Positions 57,378-64,000 of a stretch of 64,000 nt of DNA are shown here, in pieces. The position numbers were made by a program, and so were the translations under genes. Within the stretch, counting starts at the first letter, position 1. Each line of letters opens with the position of its first letter. Below the pieces are notes generated by a model. That model had not been told where the DNA came from, searched no databases, and saw only the letters and a program-made list of their open reading frames with translations. Origin of the DNA: Candidatus Latescibacterota bacterium (GTDB lineage: Bacteria > Latescibacterota > UBA2968 > UBA8231); contig CBDFJF010000002.1 of NCBI GenBank assembly GCA_965248265.1, forward strand, positions 2,304,001 through 2,368,000, written 5' to 3'.

Positions 57378-58478
57378 TCAGGCGGGCAGGTGCTTCTCGA
57401 AGAACCGCTGCCAGTTGCGGTACATGATGTTGGCGATGTCTTCCTGACGATATCCACGGTCTTCGAGGATCGGCACCAGTTTCTGATAATCGGCGACGGA
57501 ATCGATCTCGAGCGGGGCTCCATCGACACCGCCCTGTCCGTCGGTATCACCACCGATGGCCGCGTGCAGGGCATTGCCGGCCAGCTGGCAGACGTGGTCG
57601 ATGTGATTGGCGACATGGGCGAGGGTGACGGCTTCGCGCGGGAAGTGGTCACGCCGGGGGAACGCACCGGTGTTGGACCAGTCGATGACCTGCTCCTCGC
57701 GTAACATCCAGGTGTCCATGGAGGCGCCGATGACACCGCCGCGCTCGATGATGACGTTGAGTTGCTCGTCGGTGAACTGACGCTGCCCGGGAGCCAACGC
57801 CCGGCAGTTTTGATGGGTGGCCAGCAAAGGCCCCGTATATAGCTCGACTGCCTCCCAGAAGCTCTGATCGGCGATGTGGGTCATGTCCAGGAGCATGCCA
57901 CAGCTTTCCATCTCGTGCAGCAATTCAGCGGCCGGTGGCTTGAGCCCACCCTCGGTGCCGGTGCCGTGCGCGTACATGCTGGGTCCGTAGTGGGTGAGGC
58001 TGACGACCTTGATGCCGTCGTCCCACCAGGCGTGCACCTGGGACGGCTCGATGATGGGATCGGCGCTTTCCAGTCCCAGTATGAATCCTACCGGTGATCC
58101 GGTGTGGTCCACTTCGGTTTCCCAGCGGTCAATGTGATGACGGATGTGCGTACTCGAAGTCAGTACGGCAGCTTCGCCGCTGTGCTCGAGCGCGCGGTAC
58201 AGCGCCAGTTGGCCCTGGCCTACTGCGTACACCGACTCGGCCCCATAGAATCCTTTGAGCAGGCTTCCCGGCCATTTTCGGCGGGCGACGATCTTCATCA
58301 GCACACAGGCGATGTTGCCGCGGCGCATCTCGGGCAGGCAGGCGTAAGGCACGAAGATCGAGTCGGGGTTGGCCGCCCGCATTTGGGCTCGCAGTTCATC
58401 CAGGGGCAGTGTCAGATCGCGATTGCGCTCATCGAGCAGGCTGGAAGCTGCCGGGCAGTCACCGTCGAATATCAGCAC
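57378..58478 (-). CDS. Membrane dipeptidase (peptidase M19) family protein
   Basis: LGLESAD, SLTHY, LDMTH, THQNCRAL, HIDHV, GGDTDG and NWQRF. Confidence 0.87.
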   Translation of the reverse strand: MLIFDGDCPAASSLLDERNRDLTLPLDELRAQMRAANPDSIFVPYACLPEMRRGNIACVLMKIVARRKWPGSLLKGFYGAESVYAVGQGQLALYRALEHSGEAAVLTSSTHIRHHIDRWETEVDHTGSPVGFILGLESADPIIEPSQVHAWWDDGIKVVSLTHYGPSMYAHGTGTEGGLKPPAAELLHEMESCGMLLDMTHIADQSFWEAVELYTGPLLATHQNCRALAPGQRQFTDEQLNVIIERGGVIGASMDTWMLREEQVIDWSNTGAFPRRDHFPREAVTLAHVANHIDHVCQLAGNALHAAIGGDTDGQGGVDGAPLEIDSVADYQKLVPILEDRGYRQEDIANIMYRNWQRFFEKHLPA

Positions 58479-58742
58479 GTGTCTCCTTCTATTTTCAGTA
58501 TTTTATCGATTCCTGTGTTGACTCCGTGGTAAACTATCCGAACCAGAGCACCAAGTCACCTCTTGCATCATGGTATTCAGATCAAACTTCCGGAGCAATC
58601 GAGGTTGAAGGCAAATCGAGTTGCGGGCGACCATTTTCAGCAAGTGTGTGGCGAGTGGATGGTTAAGTGTCTAGTTTGATGAGACCAGCAAGACGCCCGG
58701 CTTCTGCCAGATGTCCCTATCTATTCACAGCAAGAAATCAAC

Positions 58743-59570
58743 ATGTCGACCAAGCCACTAAGTGAGAAGGATCTAGAGTTCTGGGAAGAGAACGGCTATG
58801 TCGTCGTGCGCAATGCCGTCCCTGTCGAAAACTGCCGCGCCGCTGAGCAGGCCGTGTGGGAGTTTGCCGAGATGGACTCCCATGATCCTCAAACGTGGTA
58901 CCCGGATCCGTCCAAGGGGATCATGAAGGAGATCTACCAACACCAGACTCTTTGGGACAACCGCCAATACCCGCGAGTGCACGAAGCTTTTGCACAGATC
59001 CACAACACCCACAAACTCCTGGTCAGCAATGACCGCGCCAGCATCAATCCGCCGGAGCGTCCCGGGTTCGAGTTCAAGGGGCCATGGCTGCATTGGGACC
59101 GGGAGCTGGACCACCCGGCCAAGGGCCTTCGTGTACAGGGGATACTCTATCTGAATGACACCCCTGACACGCAGGGCGCTTTCACTTGTGTGCCAGGCTT
59201 TCACCTCAAGCTGTGGCAATGGCTGGATGGGTTGCCGGAGGATGCTGAGCCGCGCGAGCTGGTGCGCGAGCAGTTCCAGGACGACGCCTTTTCCGTTGAA
59301 GGCAAGGCCGGCGACCTGGTGATCTGGAACAGCGACCTGCCCCACGGCAGCAGTCCGAACAGGGGGACCAGGCCCCGGGTCTCACAGTACATCACCATGC
59401 ACCGGGCTGCGGAAGCGCCGACGGACGAGTGGCGCAAAGAGCGTGAGACCTGGTGGCAGGAACGCTTGACTGGTCTGGGTGGAAACAAGAAGGAAAAAGA
59501 GCACCAGGAGGGACAGACGGCGAAGCTGACGCCCTTGGGACGGAAACTTCTCGGAGTTGATCCCTGGTAG
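58743..59570 (+). CDS. PhyH family dioxygenase
   Basis: LHWD, GAFTCVPGFH and AGDLVIWNSDLPHG. Confidence 0.9.
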   Translation: MSTKPLSEKDLEFWEENGYVVVRNAVPVENCRAAEQAVWEFAEMDSHDPQTWYPDPSKGIMKEIYQHQTLWDNRQYPRVHEAFAQIHNTHKLLVSNDRASINPPERPGFEFKGPWLHWDRELDHPAKGLRVQGILYLNDTPDTQGAFTCVPGFHLKLWQWLDGLPEDAEPRELVREQFQDDAFSVEGKAGDLVIWNSDLPHGSSPNRGTRPRVSQYITMHRAAEAPTDEWRKERETWWQERLTGLGGNKKEKEHQEGQTAKLTPLGRKLLGVDPW

Positions 59571-59588
59571 TAACTGAGGTGCTTCTAT

Positions 59589-60974
59589 CTAGTTCACGTG
59601 CATCCGGAGCATCAGGCCATACCTGAGGTCGTCGCCTTCTCTACCGGATCTTCGCTGAGTGATTTCGCCCCCGTCATCCGGGAACCAGATCTCCGGATTC
59701 AACCGCAGGCGTGCCTGTTGGCTTTCACGCTCCACGAAATCAAGATCGGAGGTCAGGCTGGCGGAGATTGCGATTCCCAGGAGGCCGCCGGTCAACAATG
59801 ACATGTTGTACACCTGAGGACGGCTGATGTCGAGAAGGTAGGGAATGCCCAGCCCGACAGCCGATCCCAGGAAACCTCCCGTGTTGATGAAGCTCACGCG
59901 TTTACGACTGATCTCTCGATGCTCCGTGACACCGATGGCGGTGAAGAGTCCAACGACACTGCTGGCCAGCGATACCGCGACGTAGGGTCGAGGCGAATCC
60001 AGGCCGGATGTTCCCACTCCCAGTGCGCCCCAGGCAGCACCCCACAAGCCACTGGAAACGATCATCCAGGCACGCCCGATGTCGATCTCCTGGTTGCCCA
60101 GCTTGTCCGATGCAATCAAATAGGTGGCTGGGGGAGCCACGAGCAACCAACCGAAGTAGGGCCGACCTGTCCGGACATCGGCGACATAGAGGGTGGCCTC
60201 TCCAATACCGGTCACGTACGGCACTGAAAACCCAAGAATGACTTGCCCACCGTGACTCTTTGCCTGTGTCGCCACCAGAGCGCGCCCGAGCGAGGCATTC
60301 AGCGACAGGGTCTCACCGTTCTTCACGTCGACGTCCAGCGCCCATGGAGCGTACTCCGGCAGAGTAGCCTTGAGGCCATGCGCTCCCGGTTTGACGCTCA
60401 GGGTCAGTGGCGCCCGGCCCTCGAGCAGGCCCCCAAGGTACACCTTGGCGCCGGCCGGCGTGGAGGAGACGCTTATCCAGGCTTCCGGAAGAGCTGACTC
60501 CCCGCCGATGCCCAACAGTTGTTGAGTGGCTACCCGGATGGTCGAGCGTGGATCGAGCGGTGACGCCACAACCTCAACGGTCTGACTCGCCTCAGTCTTG
60601 CCGGATGTGGTGTTGAGCAGGCTTAGTTCAACCACAAACAAATCTGCCACCGTGACAACCCGCCCGGTGATCACCTTGGCGGCCCCTGCCCGCCTGCCGA
60701 GATCGAGTGCGCGCTTCGTCTCGCTGCCGCACTCAAGCATCCCGGTCGTCGTCAGGTTGTCCGTTTTTTCGATCTCCCTGTTGATCAACTCACTGAGCCA
60801 GGATGTTGCGCCCCGCGGCAAGCCCTCGCCGGCCAGATTGCACACAGCAATCCGGATCAGCGCGGAGTGCGCTTCGGTTGGGGGGGCACTGTCGGCCCAG
60901 GAGGAAGTGCACGCCAACATGGCGATCGTTGCAGAGGCGTGCCCCAGGGAGCGAATCCGTCCCATCACCACCAC
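59589..60974 (-). CDS. PEGA domain protein with a signal peptide and a hydrophobic C-terminal region
   Basis: ISVSSTPAGAKVYLGG...GRAP...PGAH is a PEGA signature. Confidence 0.75.
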   Translation of the reverse strand: MVVMGRIRSLGHASATIAMLACTSSWADSAPPTEAHSALIRIAVCNLAGEGLPRGATSWLSELINREIEKTDNLTTTGMLECGSETKRALDLGRRAGAAKVITGRVVTVADLFVVELSLLNTTSGKTEASQTVEVVASPLDPRSTIRVATQQLLGIGGESALPEAWISVSSTPAGAKVYLGGLLEGRAPLTLSVKPGAHGLKATLPEYAPWALDVDVKNGETLSLNASLGRALVATQAKSHGGQVILGFSVPYVTGIGEATLYVADVRTGRPYFGWLLVAPPATYLIASDKLGNQEIDIGRAWMIVSSGLWGAAWGALGVGTSGLDSPRPYVAVSLASSVVGLFTAIGVTEHREISRKRVSFINTGGFLGSAVGLGIPYLLDISRPQVYNMSLLTGGLLGIAISASLTSDLDFVERESQQARLRLNPEIWFPDDGGEITQRRSGREGDDLRYGLMLRMHVN

Positions 60975-61127
60975 CTTCTTTTGATTGCTTCAACAAGGTC
61001 TACTGCAGGACCCCATCGCGAAGGCAAGCCCTGGCAAAGGGTCTACCCAGGAGTCTTCTTGCCGGCGCCGTGGACGGCGAGGATGACACGGGGTTGCGTG
61101 GTGCCAGCGTTACCGGGTAACGAACTG

Positions 61128-61607
61128 TCACCCGGGCAGGGAGCTGGTTCCCGACACGTCCTCGATGTAGTCGGATACCCGTCTATGCGCCCGCCACCCG
61201 AGGGCATGCGACTTGGTCACGTCCAGTTTGGCCCCCATATCACCGTCCGCAAACTTGGTCGATGAGCCTGCGTAAACCAGCTTCGGCCCGTGCTTACGCC
61301 AGAACTCGAGCACGCCGAAAGTCCTGGTCCCAGACCACCTCTGGCTCTTCGAGACTGATCTCGACACGCGAGTACTCGCCCAGATGGTATATGCAATCGG
61401 GCGATTCGGTTACGTGTTGCTCAATGTCTCTAGTGGCCCCGCGTGATAATCAACTCCAGGCACGTGGGCCTGTGTGGTTCCGGTGAAATAGTTGTCGAGT
61501 GATATCACCCGGTTGCCCATGGAGTGCAGCCGGGCACACAGATGACTGCCGATGAACCCGGCGCCACCGGTAACGAGTACTGTCGAGGGTTTGCTCATGG
61601 AAGCCAT
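61128..61607 (-). pseudogene. NAD-dependent epimerase with frameshifts and a large internal deletion
   Basis: [32 protein letters not shown] and VYAGSSTKF, then directly the C-terminal ALGW...DYIE; the YxxxK region is absent. Confidence 0.85.
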
Positions 61608-61725
61608 AGGATGGCCGCTTTACAACAACTGGTCAAGCAGAGCGCCAACCCATTGAGGTTGCTATCGTGCGAGCTCGATTTCAGCTACTTTCGTGGGGCG
61701 ATCCTGGTACAACAGGAGGTCCGTT

Positions 61726-63705
61726 ATGAGTGGCACCGGACAGCATGAACTGCAGCTGACCCTGAGCCGGCTGCAGCGATCTTACAATTTGCTCAAGGAC
61801 GCGGCGAGTATCGCCCACATCGGCTGTTTCGAGTGGGAGATCGAAGCGGATCGAAGCACCTGGTCGCGTGAGATGTACCAGATTCTGGGTCTGGATCCCG
61901 AGGACCTCGGCGAGGACATCAAGGCCGCGGTCATCTTCGAGATGATTCACCCCGACGATCTCGAACACGTGCGCGAGAACCACATCCGCGGCCTCGCGGA
62001 GAACCGCAGCATTCCTTCCGAGTTTCGCGTCATCCGGCCGGACAAGAGCGTGGTAACGTTGTATGCCAGTGGCCAACTGGAATTGGATGAAAGCGGCAAA
62101 CCTGTGCGCCTGCTGGGAACTCTCCAGGATATTACAGAGCGCAAACAGGCCGAAGAGAGTCTGCGCCGAAGCGACGAGCTCTATCGGCTCGTGACCGATG
62201 CCATTCCGGCGTTGATTGCCTACGTCGATGCCCAGCAGTGCTACCGCTTTGCCAATCGGACCTTTGAGGAGTGGACGGGCCAGCAGCGCTCTCAGATTTA
62301 CGGGCGGCACATCAGGGATGTGTTGGGAGAGGCTGCCTACGGCCGTATCAAAAAGTACATCGACAGCGTATTGAGCGGTGACGAAGTCACGTTCGAGGCT
62401 GAGGTGCCTTACGGGCCAGAAGGAAGGCGCCATGTCATGACCACGTACGTTCCACACGTTGGTGACGATGAGGAGATCCACGGGTTTTTCGCGCTGGTCC
62501 AGGATATCACCGAGCGCAAGCGAGCTGAGGAGGAGCGCCGCGTGATCGACACCCGCCTGCAAGAGACTCAGAAACTGGAGAGTCTCGGGCTCCTGGCGGG
62601 AGGTATCGCCCACGACTTCAACAACATGCTGACCGGTATCATGGGCAACTCCGGGCTCGTGCGCATGGAATTGCCTGCCGAATCGCCCCTGATGCAGAAT
62701 CTCCATGACATTGAGACGACGGCGAGAAGCCTATCTGATTTCTGCAAGCAGATGCTCGCCTACTCCGGCAAGGGACGGTTCCTCCTTCAAACCCTGAACC
62801 TGAACGGCATCATCGAAGACATGCTCCAGATGCTTCAGTTCTCCACCAGCAAGAAGGCTGTCCTGGAGTGCGATCTGGCCGACGGCCTGCCCGGGATCGA
62901 TGGTGACGCCTCGCAGATCAGACAGGTCATCATGAACTTCGTCATCAACGCGTCCGAAGCCATCGGAGACAAGACCGGAAGCGTCAAGTTGAGGACCGGA
63001 ACCATGCACGCGGATCGAGCCTACCTGAACGCATCCCTTCTGGGGCCGGATCTGGTGCAGGGAGACTACGTGTTCCTGGAGGTCAGCGACGACGGCTGTG
63101 GCATTAGCGACGAGGACAGGTCCCGCATCTTCGATCCGTTCTACACGACCAAGTTTCGGGGCCGGGGTTTGGGACTGGCCGCCGTTCTCGGTATCGTGCG
63201 TGGTCACAAAGGGGCCTTGAATGTCTCTTCGGAAATGGGCAAGGGCACCACGCTGAGGACGCTGCTGCCGCTGGCAACCGGGCAGGTACCTGAAGCTGAC
63301 ATGGCCGAACAAGGAGCAACGGGCCCGGAGCATTTCAGCGGAACCGTCCTCGTTGTCGACGATGAACTCACCGTGCGCGCGGTTGCCGAACGTGGGCTTC
63401 AATCCATGGGGTTGGAGGTCATTCCTGCCGAAGACGGCCGTGAGGGTTTGGAAAAGTTCAGAGCGCATCCGGACCTGTTCGCGGTGGTCGTTCTGGATCT
63501 CACGATGCCCCACGTAGACGGCGTTGAAGCCTATCGTGAGATACGCAAGTTGAGAACGGATATCCCGGTGCTGCTGATGAGCGGCTTCAACGAACAAGAA
63601 GCCATCAGTCAACTCACCGGTGAAGGCATCGCCGGATTTCTACAAAAGCCGTTCGGGATCGAGGAGTTGAAGCAGAGGGTGAAGCAGCTACTGGGGCAGG
63701 TGTGA
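61726..63705 (+). CDS. Cytoplasmic PAS-PAS hybrid histidine kinase/response regulator
   Basis: IHPDD, two QDITERK, IAHDFNN, NASEA, FDPFYTTK, GRGLGL and receiver VVDD/LDL.MP/KP. Confidence 0.95.
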   Translation: MSGTGQHELQLTLSRLQRSYNLLKDAASIAHIGCFEWEIEADRSTWSREMYQILGLDPEDLGEDIKAAVIFEMIHPDDLEHVRENHIRGLAENRSIPSEFRVIRPDKSVVTLYASGQLELDESGKPVRLLGTLQDITERKQAEESLRRSDELYRLVTDAIPALIAYVDAQQCYRFANRTFEEWTGQQRSQIYGRHIRDVLGEAAYGRIKKYIDSVLSGDEVTFEAEVPYGPEGRRHVMTTYVPHVGDDEEIHGFFALVQDITERKRAEEERRVIDTRLQETQKLESLGLLAGGIAHDFNNMLTGIMGNSGLVRMELPAESPLMQNLHDIETTARSLSDFCKQMLAYSGKGRFLLQTLNLNGIIEDMLQMLQFSTSKKAVLECDLADGLPGIDGDASQIRQVIMNFVINASEAIGDKTGSVKLRTGTMHADRAYLNASLLGPDLVQGDYVFLEVSDDGCGISDEDRSRIFDPFYTTKFRGRGLGLAAVLGIVRGHKGALNVSSEMGKGTTLRTLLPLATGQVPEADMAEQGATGPEHFSGTVLVVDDELTVRAVAERGLQSMGLEVIPAEDGREGLEKFRAHPDLFAVVVLDLTMPHVDGVEAYREIRKLRTDIPVLLMSGFNEQEAISQLTGEGIAGFLQKPFGIEELKQRVKQLLGQV

Positions 63706-63752
63706 AGCCTCCTCACTCAGGACAGGAATTCTGTCACTTGCCCTATCCCAGT

Positions 63753-64000
63753 CTGGGCGCCTGGCTCTACACCGATCTGGTTGAGCGCTTTGCTCAGCGT
63801 GTGCTGCCAGTATCAGCCAATTTGGCGCTCAAGTGGGGAGAGTTGTCGGGGGTTGCTGCACGGTCAGGGCAACAGATCAGCATGGCGGACGGGTTGATTG
63901 GAGCGACCGGAATCGTGCACTCGCTCGTGGTTGTCACTCGGAATGTCGACCACCTGACACCCACGGGCGCGGTCATATTCAACCCCTGGACGGATCAAGC
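63753..64000 (+). pseudogene. VapC/PIN-domain toxin, 5'-truncated (runs to the window edge)
   Basis: RVLPV...KWG...ADGLIGATG...VVTRNVDH...NPW; no N-terminal LLDT motif and no antitoxin gene upstream. Confidence 0.75.

Noticed and set aside
25664-63612. Long antisense ORFs (25664-26827, 28898-29971, 38985-40019, 61681-62706, 62731-63612)
   Set aside because: In-register antisense shadows of GC3-biased genes with no motifs of their own

Overview
High-GC (roughly 60-65%) bacterial accessory region with no housekeeping genes, rRNA, tRNA or CRISPR that I could see. The FlgD/T9SS-like NFPNPFN C-terminal domain and the gene content suggest an FCB-group heterotroph such as Ca. Latescibacterota (inference). 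The window is a dense set of paralogous, mostly signal-peptide-free catabolic enzymes: five ~530-aa GHL10/DUF187-like TIM barrels in two subfamilies, five Gfo/Idh/MocA oxidoreductases, five Fe(II)/2OG dioxygenases (PhyH, TauD), three FG-GAP proteins, two amidohydrolases and two enolase-superfamily enzymes. Single copies include a sulfatase, a BNR sialidase-like protein, a TPP enzyme, a DgaE/SelA-like PLP enzyme, YhcH and a mutarotase. I saw no transporter. Mobile DNA comprises an intact 1248-bp IS3 element with a 3-bp GAT target duplication, inserted into one of two copies of an unannotated ~89-bp repeat, and IS91/ISCR-like remnants flanking a low-GC dioxygenase gene. More than a dozen truncated, internally deleted or frameshifted genes are present. 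All product calls come from motifs read by eye; no database searches were run.
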